DNA of 63,944 nt, filler included, from Intoshia linei (Eukaryota > Animalia > Orthonectida), in NCBI GenBank assembly GCA_001642005.1. It is 8 parts of 8 records of this genome, joined end to end, with 100 filler letters (N's around TTAATTAATTAA, not from the genome) between each part and the next. Parts side by side here need not be neighbours in the genome. Positions count along the whole stretch, not along the records: positions 1 to 12,582 come from LWCA01001075.1; positions 12,683 to 25,108 come from LWCA01001080.1; 6 more parts are not named here. The stretch is one strand, 5' to 3'. Shown piece after piece: positions 1-14,103 of this stretch. The notes beneath the pieces are model-generated. The model saw nothing but the letters and a program-made list of their open reading frames with translations. It searched no databases and was not told where the DNA came from. The translations under genes and the position numbers were made by a program. Every line of letters starts with the position of its first letter. The first letter of the stretch is position 1.

Positions 1-741
1 AGGGGTGTAATTTTTTATACTTTTTTTCGAAATTTCATGGTCCAAATACTGATATAGTTGCGTGTGATTGTTTCATGATAATCGTGAAAAGAAGAAAAAT
101 TTTTGAAAATTTTTAGTGGAAGAGCTTGTCATTTTAAAAATTTCATACAAAAGTGTTCTACATAAACTACAATATAACTTTATTTACTGGAATGTTACGA
201 TGAGATCCTGTAGTTATTTTTTGAGTGGTCTTGTGTTGTTCGTCATGTTTGGTTATTCACTTTGCATCTTTAAATTCAATTCTACCTATTTAACAATTTA
301 TTTTTGTTTTTAGTGAAAATTTTAAGTGAACAAACAAAATAGAATCGTAAATTTTTAGTATTCTATAATCAAAACAAAAAACTTTAGTATTAGTAATGTT
401 TATAGCAGATACATTAATATCATACATATTTTATATGTGATGTTAGAAATAATGTGACATTTTAATTGTTTATTGATAGCTGATGTCAAAATATATGTAT
501 AATATACATTGTATATATTTTAATTTATATTTCATTTATATTAAACGGACAAAAATGTCCTCTGCAAGTAGTAAAGAGTTAAAAAAATATCTTAAACCTG
601 CGGCCCTTCAGACTCTGTAGGCACACCTGATGGGGTCAAGTTCCATTTGGGAACCACTAATATAAACGACTTTGAAGGTTGTATCCATTTATATAACTAC
701 TAATATTTATTAATAATATAAATTATAATAAATAATTTTAG

Positions 742-2386
742 GCAATATCATATTTACACGCAAAAAACATTGTACATAAAAATTTAAATACCAAGTGTGT
801 ATTGGTTGAAAAAGAACGCATCCTTGTTCAAGATTTGGGTATACTCGATCTTAGGCTGCTTTGCTATAACTATGGGTTAGTTTTATAAAACACATTTCAA
901 TATTTACATAAATATCATTGATAACATTATAGAGGTAATAAAAAATTGAAAATTCCAAATGGTTTACTAACTTCAATACCACCTGAAATTATAAGAATAA
1001 TAAAACCATCAATTAAAGTTAATGAAATTCAGTTTGAACCAAAGTCAGATATATATGCTTTCGGGTAATTTTATTTTAAGTTTGCTTTATTTTTAAATTT
1101 AGAACTCTTTGGTATAATTTGATTTGTGGCGAAAAACCATACATGGGAAGTTGCCCTGAAGCAATAATTCGAAAAATTGGACTAGGTGATCTTCAGGTTA
1201 ATATCTACATTACAGTGTTTCACAAATTGGTTCAATCTTAGTTGTATAAAAATTTATTCTAGTATTATACAATACTAGGTTGACTGTTATGTACTACGTA
1301 CAAACAGCAACTAGCTCTGCCGAGGGCACATTTTTATTCTACAAAAAAAATAAATTCACGTTGAAAATCTAACTTAAAAATCCTACTATTCACTATTATT
1401 AATCCTTTAAAGGAGTAGTTCCCAAATTTGTTTCAGGTGGAACCATCATATCACATTATTTTTTACTTTAAAGTGAATTATTCCATCTTAATTTTTTGTT
1501 TGTTAACATTTGCGTAAATTGAATTATAAAAACAATTGTTATCTTATTTTTTTAATTTATTAGAAAGAATATGTTTATAATATTAAAAATAAAGTAAAAA
1601 CAGTTCAATCCTAAAAATTGTTATAAATAGCATAAATTCCAGATAAAATAAAATTATAACAACCTATTTTGTCAAAAATTCCAAAGGAATGAATTAAAAA
1701 AAAGGAAAATTTGGGGTTTTGGCTCCTATAGATATATTTTTTTAAATTTATGATTTTAAGATCCATATCAGAGTATATATTTTTTTAAATTCTTTAACTC
1801 CTTTGATTTTCAAAAAAAGGCAATTGGGGTTTTTGACACGTAAAATGTGAGTTTAGGAGGTTGAAATTTATTTTGCGAACACCCCCGCAAAAACTGTAAT
1901 TAAAATGTGGATTTTATAAAATTCTAAGACTTGTAGTTATTGAAATACACGATAACACCCACACAAACAAATATTGCGTAGCATATTATATGACTAAGGA
2001 TTTTTAAAACTGTCAGAATTAAAAACTCGTGAAATTTTGCGATTTGAGTTGGGCAGTCATTAAATGTTGGTTTGAATGGTGCATAATTAACCCGATATCC
2101 ATCAAGTTTTGCTCCAATCCGATATATTGACAAACATAAAATTTTTCAATTAATATAGCCAAATTTAGAGTTTGTATAGAATAAATTCACCAAAAGAATT
2201 TAAGGTAAATTAAAACTAGGATTATAAAAATAATTTAATTTGCAGAATTTGTTGATAATAATGTGGTCGTACAATAAAAACAAACGACCTACGGCTAGTA
2301 AAGTCAAAGAAATTCTAAACAATCTACCAAAACAAATGGTGGGTCGTAGTCCTTCTCAACCTTTACACGCAAAAAGTGGAATTTAA
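742..2386 (+). CDS. ksr: KSR (kinase suppressor of Ras)-like pseudokinase, 3' exons 742-875, 933-1064, 1103-1196, 2169-2204, 2246-2386; 5' part lies outside the window
   Basis: Manual GT-AG splicing gives AISYLHAKNIVHKNLNTKCVLVEKERILVQDLG...LKIPNGLLTSIPPEIIR...KSDIYAFGTLWYNLICGEKPY...MWSYNKNKRPT...LPKQMVGRSPSQPLH*. This is colinear with the KSR kinase C-lobe and C-terminal 14-3-3 site. Confidence 0.85.
1275..2000 (-). mobile_element. Non-autonomous Helitron-like element (family A) in a KSR intron
   Basis: On the minus strand it starts A|TC and ends CTAG|T, with a subterminal hairpin (ctgtt-a-tgtac-tac-gtaca-aacag) and no TSD. Many related copies occur in the window. Confidence 0.75.
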
Positions 2387-2524
2387 AAAAATAAAAATTT
2401 AATGTACATGTTTATTACAATTTACAATTTACATGTATTTTATAGTATATGGTCGATTTTTGGTATTAATTTATAATTATGATTGGACATTGTGCCTAGA
2501 ATGGTAAGGTTGCTACCCGATTGT

Positions 2525-3283
2525 TCAATGTCTGGAGAATAAGACATTAAATCCTAAATTAGTCAAATTAACAGAAAAAGAATAAATTAGAAACCTTTCG
2601 AGAAAAGGTATCCGTTTGGTGTGTGACAGTGAAAACGTTCTCTCCAATAAGCATTTCCATCTTGCCACTTTTGTAAATTCGCAACTTTCCAATTTTGCCG
2701 CTTTTCTATTTATACTATTAATTTTTAATAAAAAACTAGCATCTAAAACCAAATTAAAAACTAAACAAACTTTTTTTTGGGCAGCTTCATCGATTTCATT
2801 ATGCCATTTTTGAGTGATGCGAATGTATGAAGGAAAATCTGTGCTTATTTGAGGTTGTATGATTTCTTCCCAAGGCATATTTTTTGGAGCAATGAAATGC
2901 ACAAATCGTTCATTAATGTCATTAATAAAATTTGAAAATGTTTCTCCCACAGTGAAATTATCGACAAAGTTTTCTTGGTTTACTATAACTGGACTAATTT
3001 GATTAGATTCGCGGTTGATTTCTACCTAAAATAATACAATGTATAAATATGATTCATTTTTAAAAGACTGATTTCAATTTACCTGACGCATCAATTTTTC
3101 CAAAATAGGTAAATGCGTTGTTTTTCCTATGTAACCTTCAAAGTTTTCAATTTCAGTGTCCTTAGTATCAATATCAGTCTTTCTTACAATTTTTTTAATT
3201 TTTTCTTTGATATCATATTTTCGACCATTTCCATTGATTGGTTCATTTTTCATTGAAACTAATAGAAATATTAACTCAGTCAT
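2525..3283 (-). CDS. Hypothetical protein, two exons (3283-3083, 3025-2525); start uncertain
   Basis: A 57-nt GT-AG intron (3082-3026) joins the two ORF-track ORFs in frame (...LEKLMRQ|VEINRESNQ...FTVGETFSNF...LFSRH*). No family recognised. Confidence 0.6.
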
Positions 3284-5631
3284 TTATATTGGGTGAATGA
3301 AGAAATACATCTCCATAATTATAGACAAAGTAAAAAAACATGGAGCGGATATGGTAAAAATATTTTTAAAAATAGACAGGGGAAGGTTGGTCCAATTTAA
3401 TAATTAAATTCGTTTAGAACCCATTCAGTAGTGGTTATTCAAAAATACAACAATTATAGTAAAATTACTTTTTTTAGAAATATTTAGGCCCTGGTCAAAA
3501 ATTCCTTTGGATTCAACCAAGTTATTTTTGGAATCCCTGTGGCCATTGATACGTTTGCTTGCATGGTTTTTTAAATTTGACTTTACATTTAAATTGACTT
3601 TATTATCGGTACTTCTAAATTAAAATTAAATCAAAAATAAACAGTTCTACCAACTGTTATATTGAATTATTAGAATTTTGATTATAATGACATTTTGTAG
3701 GATAATTTAACAAATAGTCAATCCCTCAAAAAACACTTGAGTATAAAAAGGCTCAATAATATAACAAATACAATTCTATTTGGTTCAGTATGTTGCTGAT
3801 AACGAGTCTGAGGTGATGAATCTTAAATTTTTGGATTTCTCTTGTGATTTTTTGCAACTTACAAGTTGTGACATGACAATTAATTATCAATAACACTGTA
3901 AAAATATAAAATACTCATTATTTTTGACGTGTTTAACCAAATTTGGTTTAAATTTTCGTTTCTTCATCATATTTAATACATTTTCAATTAAGTTTGGTGA
4001 ATCTTGAATGTGTAAAACTAAATTTATAAATAAACAAGTGTGTCAATTTTCTGACTTCTAACTAATTATACGGATCTATAGAAACAAATTGTATTTATCA
4101 TCTATAGATAAAAATGGAATGTTATCGACTTAGTTAATAATATAGATATATAGACTTATAATATAATTTGACCAAATTATAAATTAATTTTTTCTTATAA
4201 ATTAACATTCTTTAGCAAATAAAATATAAATACAATGTACATTGTACAATAGGGTGTCACACATATTCATAATTTTAATGTGCTTAGCAATAGTTATATG
4301 CTTATATAAATTTATATAATTAATTCGTTAAAAAAATTTTTTTTTTAATTTTTTTAATTTTTTGAAAATGTTAATCAAATTTTAGGAGACCTTAATAGAT
4401 AGTCATAATACAACCAAAATTTTATGTGTCTTCAATACACCAATAAAATAAATGATTATATAAATTTTAATCTAAAATATATTATTCTAAATGATTATGT
4501 AATTATTCAAAGTATTTTGTTAAAATTTATTTAAAACCGTGACTATATTTTTAATTTTGTATTATATTGTGGACAAATTTAATTCTTGTTTAAATTTTTA
4601 AGTAAAATTATGTGTAACTTAGTGCAAAACTTTAATGCGTATTAATATTATTTATTAATACGCATAAATTGTCGTATTTAAGCCGACTCCATAGTAAATT
4701 TTATCATATTAATAGATTAAACGAGAAATTATAAATTTGTATGTAAGTTTAGTTTTGAAAATATAGAATTTTCGATTTTATTTACCGTTACATCATTATG
4801 TGGTATTATCATTATGGATTTGTACAATTTATTAAACGTCATTTTGATCAAGAAATAATAGAATATTATTAAAATTATTATAGGAAATGTTTTAAAAAAT
4901 ACATTTGGCACTGCTGATAAACTAAATATTATGGGAATAAATTTTATCACAATATTACGAAAATAGAGAATTAACCAATGAAGTATAAAATTGTAAACAA
5001 TTCAGCCGAAAGAGCCTTACAAAAATATAAACGATCATTAAATTTGTACACCAAAAAAAAAAAAAATTCAAAATACAGTGATGATTTTTAATACATTTTC
5101 ATATATTTACTGTGGACTAATTATATTCCGTTTATAATATATTTTGGGTTAAAATTTATAAAATCTTTTATTTTGTATGCACATTGCGTTGGGGATATAT
5201 AAAATTTTGGTTGGATTATAATAATCTTTTATAAAGGTAGAGTAAACTTTGAAATGATAGACAAATTTCTACATTTAACCCACCAAAAACATCAAAACAA
5301 AATGATAAATATAGCTATAATTTGAAAAATGTTTTTCTTCATATTACAGAATAACGTCAATGGTACATGATGCAGCTTAACATTATTTATTAAAATATAC
5401 AAAAATTATTAAAATTTCAACATAAACGAAGCATGAATTTAAGTTTTTGTAAAAAAAAATTAAGAAAAACATGAAAATAAACTTAAATTTAACTGTTTTT
5501 TGTTAATTACTTAAATTAATTGATCAATGCTGAGTCATTAATTATTATTTTTCAGAATTAGTGTAACGATTGGCAGATAAGAACGTAGTTAACAGATATT
5601 TCCGAAATTTAAAAAAATATATTTTTGTAAT

Positions 5632-6623
5632 TCTTACTATATGCTATGTAACATTTGTTTGTATGTGTGCGTTACCGTTTATTTCAATAATTATCAGTCT
5701 TAGTATTTTATAAAGTCCTTATTTCAATTACAGTTTTTTCTGGGGTGTTAGCAAAATAAATTTTAACTTCCTAAACTCACATCTTACGGGACAAAAAGCC
5801 CAATTGTCATTTATTTTGAAAATCACACGAGTTCGAAAATTTAAAAAAATATATCTTCAGGGTCAAAACCACAAATTACACTTATTTTTTAATGAAAACA
5901 GCCCTATTATTTAATAACAAATAATATATATTACAGGTGATAAATTTGTATACTGTTAACACACACAAAAAATTTTAATCTGAATAATTAACGCCTTCAC
6001 GGTCAAAAAAGCATTTTAGTGTTCATATATTTTTAATACCGAAATAATTTATTAAAACAAAAAATGTGAAATAATTAATGGTCCGAAAATTAAAAAAAAT
6101 ATTATTCTGATAGAGCTTATTCGAGTTGATATAAATACAAAATTTCAACCTCAGAAATCTACGCATTCCCGGTGAAAAATAATTTTTAATATATTATCAA
6201 CCAATATTTTTCAAATATTTAATTAAAATAAAAGTTGAAAATGTAAATATTGATCCAACAATTTCAAAAAAATGTGCAACGAATGTCTACACATTTCCAA
6301 TAAAGACATATGGGTGAAAATCTATATAATTCATTCCTTCGCAATTTTTTTCATTGTTACGCAATTTTTAAATCTCAAATTCTTATTTTTACAACATTGT
6401 GTTTAAAATTTAAATTAAAACTACAATACTACTACTAAACAATAAAACTACTAAGATGGAATAATTCACTTTAAAGTAAAAAGTTATGTGATATGACGGT
6501 TTTACCTATAACAAGTTTGAGAACCACTCCATTAAAAGATTGATAATAGGGAATAGTGGGATTATTATGTTAGATTTTCAACGTAAATTTATTTTTTTGG
6601 TATAATAAAAATGCGCACTCGTG
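5632..6623 (+). mobile_element. Helitron-like family A copy, opposite orientation, 3' end degraded
   Basis: Reverse-complement similarity to 1275-2000, 9874-12170 and 37117-37968; begins TCTTACT. Confidence 0.7.
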
Positions 6624-7860
6624 GGTATATAATTTAAATTTATCTTTTTTTTTAATTTATGACAGGGAGTGCTCCTTATATAAAATGTGAAAAATAAATG
6701 AAACGCATACAAATGACTACAAAAGTACACTGGTACTACTACCTATACATATAACTATAACTTTGTTGGTATCATTTTTATATTTTTAGTTGTACAGTAC
6801 GACTCGTACTCCCTATAGTGAATAAAATTTAGAATTTTTAATTTCTGTTCACCATGAAAGTATAGTGAACAAAAAAATCTTAAAAAAAATAGGGTTTATG
6901 GTATGACGAAGAACGACCAGCGAAGCGAGGAATGCACGACTAATAAGTACCAAAAACAAAAATAAATCCGGTTACTCCTACTTTTCCGAAAATGGCAGTG
7001 CTATTTTCTTTAGAATGTTTTGGTTTATGAAAAACTATTGTAATCTCTTCTTTATAATAATATAAACCATTAAAAAATTACAAATTACAGTAGAACTGCC
7101 TTTCTTATTCTTTGCTTCATTTTTGTGATTTATTTTCATTTTTGTTCATTACGGGTAAGAAAAATTCGATATATTTAGCTATTATAAAATAAAAAACTAA
7201 AAAACTTGTTCACTATTCGATATAGAGATTAAATAAATTTATTAATAAATGCCACCTTTTTAATTGTACAAAAGTACAATTTATTAAAAAATAGTGTTAA
7301 AAGACAAAATAATTTCATATTTAATAATTATAATTAAGAAACGATAAAAACATATCACCGGTCCATGGTAAAATAGACGTAAAAACCATTCCGAAGGATT
7401 GGTAATATTGAATAGTACATTTTTATGCAAATTTTATTACATTTATTGATATGGTAAAATTAAAAAAGTTCTCCATCGCAGAGCTAGCTACTATTTATTG
7501 AAGTAGATAACAACCCAGCTAGTAATGAATGTAATTAAATAAAATCGTTAAAAACGTTAAATACGTATGGTATGGATACTATCCATACATTAATAAATAA
7601 GTTTTGAAACATGAAACTAATTAAAATTGGATTAAAATTTGAAATAATAGCATCAACCAAACAATAACATGAATACATGTATAAAATTTTAGTTTCCAAC
7701 TATTTATAAATAAATTAATTCTTACACTATCCATTACTAAATTTCTTAGTAACTCAATTGACTACAGTAGAGATAAATCTCCGAGTAATTTAATAATAAC
7801 TCTGAATTATAAATTTATTCAACTTTTTTACATTTGGATTTAAAATTAATCAATCTCAAA

Positions 7861-10800
7861 ATGATGATTACAAAATTAATTTTTTCAATTTTCTTCATCT
7901 TTATTAATTCGAAAAACAACTATTTCATATCAAACTATAATATGATTAAATTTTATAATCATGTGGAACTTTTTTTTAAAGACATGCAAACTGTTTTAAA
8001 GAATTCTCATGATAAAATCAATATGGGGTAATTTTTTTGCACATTTGTATTGATATATATACACATATATTAATATTGATATTTTAATACTATGAATATG
8101 TAGTATATATATCTAAAGTAATATTAACATTTAGTAAACTGGAATCAATAAAATATAAAGTGTTGACAGACGGTTCAAAAAAATATATAAATCTAATTTT
8201 CAATCCAATATTTACGTATAAATCGTTTGTTGCTTTAAAATTGTTTAAAAAAATATTGGAAAAGGGAAACAACGAGAATGGTATTTTGAGAATTATTTTA
8301 AGATTACGAAAATTTGATAACATTAAAATCATAAAATAAAACTGAGTTTTCGATGAAATTTTTCATTATTTTGGATATATTTTGTAAGTATGTTATGAGA
8401 GAGGCACAACCCGATTTTATCAGAAAATTGTATTTTTTCTTTTTTGATGGTTTGGTTTCATTAAAATATTTTTACTTTTGCAACTACCTTTAAAATATAT
8501 ATAATTTTTTAGTATTAAAAATTATCTCGCACTACATTAATATTTTTGATGATGCTGAAATGAAAGGATCAATTGATGCTATATATCGTTTAAAAAAAAT
8601 TTACAAACTATCTCTTAATGAAATTATTAATGGAAAAATTAAAAATAACACCTTATTTCAACCAAAATTGGAAGGTTATTTTATATTTATACATGGTAAA
8701 CTTTAAGTTTTTGCTTCAGATTGTGTTGCAGTACTATAATGTTAACCTTATTTAGTTGCGATTTAACTTATCATTTAATTTTTGTAGTTTGGGAAATTTA
8801 CCAGCTTGGAGTAGAATATTATAAAATTGGTATGGATATTGAAGCACTGCCTTGGCTTCAAAGGGTTGAATCCATGATTCAAAAACAATATTCAATTATT
8901 AACCATATTTTTAATGTTGATGAATATTTTTATCAAGATTTGAATAGATATCTCTCAATTTGTTATTATATGGTAAATTTTAATTTATATAAAACTTTGA
9001 ATTGACATTCCTGTTTTTTAAAAGATATGGCGATTTTATAATATAGTTGTATGGGTTTATGGTATTTTACTTTTAAAGTTTAAAGACTATAAATTCAAAT
9101 TTACAGTACAACAAGTGGATTAAATCCACTGAATTTACATTTATTAACCTTATAATTCAATACTTTTAGAATGACGATTATTCTCGGTCACTAGAAACAA
9201 TTGAAAATCTATTAAAACTTGGTAAACGTTTAAACTTTAATAGTTAGCTGTTTTTACGAGTTTTTCAGAGATTGATGGAAGAGGGTTTCTTCTTTAATGT
9301 TAAGTATAGGCAGATTTTTCAATTCGGGTTTGGTAGAAGCGTTTCTCTTTTTTTTATATTTATATAATACAAATTACATGTGTGCCGCCATACGTAAATC
9401 GTATACCAATAGATATGGAAGTCATTTATTGTGTTTATTGTCGTTGTGTTTATTTTAATTAATTAGATCCAGATAGCCAGGATTTATTATTCAATAAAGC
9501 AAAAATAACAAAAATTTTAAATGGAGATATAGAAGACGACAAACCTAAAAATAATTATATGACACATTTCGAATTATCTAAAGATTATAAAAATTATATA
9601 GAATTATGCAATGATGAAACAGTAAACTCTTTATTTAAAATATTACAATATTAAAATTTTAGATAAATACAAATGTAATCGAAGATTCAAGGTTAATTTG
9701 TTCCTTCAAAAAATGGCACCCTTATCACTATTACAAACCACTTAAAGAAGAAATTGTTCATTTAAATCCACATGTTTATTTATTTCATGATGAAATTGAA
9801 GAATCTAGCATCGAATATCTCATTAATGCAGGATCTTCAAATGTATATAATTTATTAAGTTATTATACTAGTACTATGTTGATTGTTATGTGCTACGTAC
9901 AAACAGAAACTAGCTCTGTCGGAACACATCTTTATTATATCAAAAAAATTAAATTCACGTTGAAAATCTAACTTAAAAATTCTACTATTCACTATTATTA
10001 ATCCTTTAAAGGAGTGGTTCCCAAATTTTTTTCAGGTGAAACCATCATATCACATTACTTTTTACTTTAAAGTGAATTATTTCATCTTAATTTTTTGTTT
10101 GTTAATATTTGCGTAAAGAATTTTAAAAACAATTGTTATCCCATTTTTTTAATTTATTAGATAGAATGTGTGTATAATATTAAAAATAAAGTAAAAACAG
10201 TCTAATCCTAAAAATTGTCATAAATAGCATAAATTCTAGAAAAAATAAAATTATGAAAAACCTATTTTGTCATTTTCAATGTAATGACATATATTCAGTA
10301 CCAATTTAATAAATACTTGAAAATACCAATTATGTATGAATAATTAACTGAATCTTCACTTTATAAACATTTCAGTCGAATTTTACCATTATTGCAAAGA
10401 ATTGTAATATAAAAATGATATTAACACAGTTTTTTTAGTTTCTTATTTAAATTTGAATGTTTTAATAAAAATTTTTTGAAAATAAGAATTTGAGATTTAA
10501 AAATTGCGTAACAATGAAAAAAATTGCGAAGGAATGAATTATATAGATTTTCACCCATATGTCTTTATTGGAAATGTGTAGACATTCGTTGCACATTTTT
10601 TTGAAATTGTTGGATCAATATTTACATTTTCAACTTTTATTTTAATTGAATATTTGAAAAATATTGGTTGATAATATATTAAAAATTATTTTTCACCAGG
10701 AATGCGTAGATTTCTTGGGTTGAAATTTTGTATTTATATCAACTGGAATAAGCTCTATTAGAATAATTTTTTTTTTAATTTTCGGACCGTTAATTATTTC

Positions 10801-12582
10801 AAATTTTATTTTTAATAAAATATTTCGAAAAAAAAAATATATGAATACTAAAATGTTTTTTTGACCGTGAAGTCGTCACTTATTCGTATTGAAATTTTCT
10901 GTGTGTGTTAACAGGATACAACTGTACAACCTGTAAATTTTTTGAAATTCTAGGGCGGTTTTCATTAAAAAAAGAAGGGTAATTTGGGGTTTTGGCTCTG
11001 AAGATATAATTTTTTTAAATTTAAATTTATGGTAATGTTTGTCGCATGCGAAAACTACACGGAACCAAAAGTACAATTATGAATATAATTTTATTTAGTA
11101 ATTATTGAATTTATTATTTCTAGTTATTAGTTAGTACAGTAATGAGTTGTATGATTATTTATATCTTATCAAACCTCATTGTCTCCATTATTTAAATATA
11201 GTACACAAAGAGTAAAAAATCCAAAGATTTCGACCAATTTAAAAAAATATTAAATCAATCAAATGTACCGTATCGATCGACTATATCGAGAATTTTTAGG
11301 CATATATTGTCTATTCACTCAGAGCTTCAGCGCGAATTTTATGTATTGAAATGCTTATATAAAAAATTTATTTGAATGAAAATAAAATTATTATAATTTA
11401 TTCACCAAATAGTGCCATCAAATTACCATAACATTATAATTTACTCACTGTATAATATAGTCTATATTTGATGCAAAAGTAGTTGTTTCATCAGATTCAA
11501 TTTTAACTTTGATTTGTAGGGTAAAATAGTCTCTTGCCTAGTTAACGTAAAAAAATAAACTTCATAACTAAACTAAATTGAATTGGATAAAAAATATTGG
11601 TTGTAGGTATAATATGGTATCTTAATATTTCAGTTTTAACTTGGGTCTGTAGTCTAAATTAAATGAACTAGTTTAGGTAACTATAACTAGTTAATGAATT
11701 ATTTAATTTAATGTAATTAATAACGATAATGAAACGATGCATCATACAGCATGATGCAATGAGATGTAACTGTGGATAAATATCAATAAACATAATATCA
11801 ATATAAGTATTTATAGTGATATTGTGAATTTGAATTGATTGATTACACAATGAAGTTATCGTAGTTATTGTAGTTTTGGTTCAGTGTACTTTTGGTATAC
11901 GACAATGTTTATAATTTTAAAATCCGTATCAGCGTATATATTTTTTTAAATTCTCCAACTCGTTTGATTTTCAAAAAGAGAGACAACAGGGGTTTTTAAC
12001 CCGTAAGATGTGAAATTGAAATTTATCTTATTATACGTCCCGGAAAAAACTGTAATTGAAATGTAGTCTTTAAAAAATTCCAAGAGTGGTAGTTATTTCA
12101 ATAAAGTGGAACACAAACACAAACAAAAATCGCGTAACCTTTTATTTAAGTTAGGATAATTATATAAGGATAGTAAAATTAATTACAATGTATAATTGTA
12201 GTTTTGTGAAAATGGCTTCAAATTTTTAATGTTATAGTGGCAATATAATAAAAATGTTAATTAATATTTGTTTTATTTTTAGTTAAGAAGATCAACCATA
12301 TTAAATAGCGCTACAAATGAATATGATTATTCAGATCATCGTGTTTCAATGAAGTTAGAATTTATAAAATATAAATTATATATTACTTTTAAAAATGTCG
12401 GATATAAAAATATAATTAACGTTATTGATAAAATTTTCATTATTTTTTATTTATTATTATGATTTCTAACTTTGGTAAAAATAATACATATAAATATCAC
12501 TCAATTTTTTAAATTAATTTTTTTAGTTCTTGGATAGATGAAGATAAATTTCCTTTATTCAAACAGTTGTCTTTAAGGTGTG
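7861..12582 (+). CDS. P4HA: Prolyl 4-hydroxylase alpha subunit, 5' part (exons 7861-8027, 8135-8280, 8513-8674, 8788-8972, 9170-9221, 9467-9621, 9663-9842, 12283-12353, 12527-gap)
   Basis: Signal peptide MMITKLIFSIFFIFINS, then NPIFTYK, GSIDAIYRLKKIYKL, TPR-like YQLGVEYY...YLSICYY, YIELCNDE, PLKEEIVHLNPHVYLFHD, LRRSTI...HRVSMNSWI, colinear with P4HA. The catalytic HxD...H half is cut off by the linker. Confidence 0.88.
9874..12170 (-). mobile_element. Helitron-like family A copy in a P4HA intron, interrupted by a TIR element
   Basis: Same hairpin end and internal blocks as 1275-2000 and 37117-37968. Confidence 0.7.
11041..11903. mobile_element. Non-autonomous TIR DNA element nested in the Helitron copy
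   Basis: About 37-bp imperfect TIRs (gtcgcatgcgaaaactacacggaaccaaaag / reverse complement of ttttggttcagtgtacttttggtatacgac) flanked by direct repeat aatgttt. The empty site is visible in the copy at about 25235. Confidence 0.7.
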
Positions 12583-12682
12583 NNNNNNNNNNNNNNNNNN
12601 NNNNNNNNNNNNNNNNNNNNNNNNNNTTAATTAATTAANNNNNNNNNNNNNNNNNNNNNNNNNNNNNNNNNNNNNNNNNNNN
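12583..12682. other. Artificial contig linker N44-TTAATTAATTAA-N44 (also 25109-25208, 29053-29152, 33984-34083, 58855-58954, 60634-60733, 62571-62670)
   Basis: Identical 100-nt spacer with stops in all six frames, repeated seven times; genes are truncated at these points. Confidence 0.97.
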
Positions 12683-14103
12683 AAAATAAAAAAATAACGC
12701 ACTTACAGTAAATATTCGTAAAGATATAATGATTTAAAATAAAGTTACAATAAAAACGACATTACTTATGAAACGACCTAATATATTGGCAACCCTCACA
12801 ATAATTTGGTAACAGATATAATATTCAAATTTTCCTTCAAAATCTGTCATGAAATTACTCTTATAAATGGTCATATCTGCTAAATTATATGCAATTCATA
12901 TATGCATTGAATAAAATTTAAATATAATTATCGAAAAATGTGCAATTAAGAATTTTATCATGAAAAAAAATTTCCCGAATATATTGTGAAAGATTAATTA
13001 AACTATTGCTTCTTAAAAATGACTTAAAAGTTACTTTAACAAAAAATATTTAATAAATTTTAGTATATTATGGAATCTTTGTATTGACCATATTCATCGC
13101 AAACATGACTTTATTTTTGCAAACATGATTAACAAGATCGTGAATGTCTTGTATTTGAATGAATTTATTATATTGTAAATAACCAGAATTTGATAAATTA
13201 AATCGTTAATAAAATCCAAAAAAATTGAGCTAGAAACAAATTTAAACAATTAAACTGTATAAATAAACATGGAGAACAGTATTATAAAAGCGGTAATACG
13301 TTTAAAAGCTCAAACGCCGATTTCTGGTAAAATAAAGTTCAGTTTTAATTTCTTAATAATATTTATACAGTGATATTTAAAATGACAAACGCAACTCGAA
13401 TAGATAGCGTTAAATATTTTTGGTTGCGAATTAGTTTTTCTATATTAAAATTACACACTTTTAGTGCTAATTGCCTTTGATTTTTTGATGAGTGTGACAC
13501 TCTACACTACAGTGCAGCCAAAAGCATCACAATTTTTGTGGATATGTATTATAATTTTGTAAATAATGTTTTTATATTGATTAATTCTGGTGGTTAATTT
13601 CGCCACTGTTTAAGTTTAATATACACTATTTTATAAGTAGTTTTTTGGAGTTTGAAAATTTACAGTACATGGTCTTTTGTTATAAAAGATTTCATATTTT
13701 CGCGTATTTTAATGTTGCATTACATAAAAATTTACTTTTTTATGACGCCGGTTAAGATTATATGTTAATTTGTAATTTTTTTTTGTAAATAGTCGTTGTT
13801 GTAAAAGATTTTGTTAAAATTATTTTATATATACTAATTCTTTTTTACCAAACTTTTAAAGGGTTTTCAAGATTTTTTTTACCAAACTTTCAAGGGGAGT
13901 TTTTAAGATTTTTTACCTTGATAAGCAGTGAATTTCATGGTATTTAAAATCATATTTTAAACTTAGAAAATATACAATATGAAATGTTAACAAAATGTAA
14001 ATGAACCATTCTCCAGCAAATAAAACAAATATTTCAATTTAATTTAATTTAAATTTAATTAATATCCTAGACTCATACTTATAGATAGACTTAAAATTCT
14101 CGT

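Noticed and set aside
12627-12638. Palindromic TTAATTAATTAA within N runs as a biological motif
   Set aside because: Identical 100-nt six-frame-stop spacer repeated seven times; an assembly linker.
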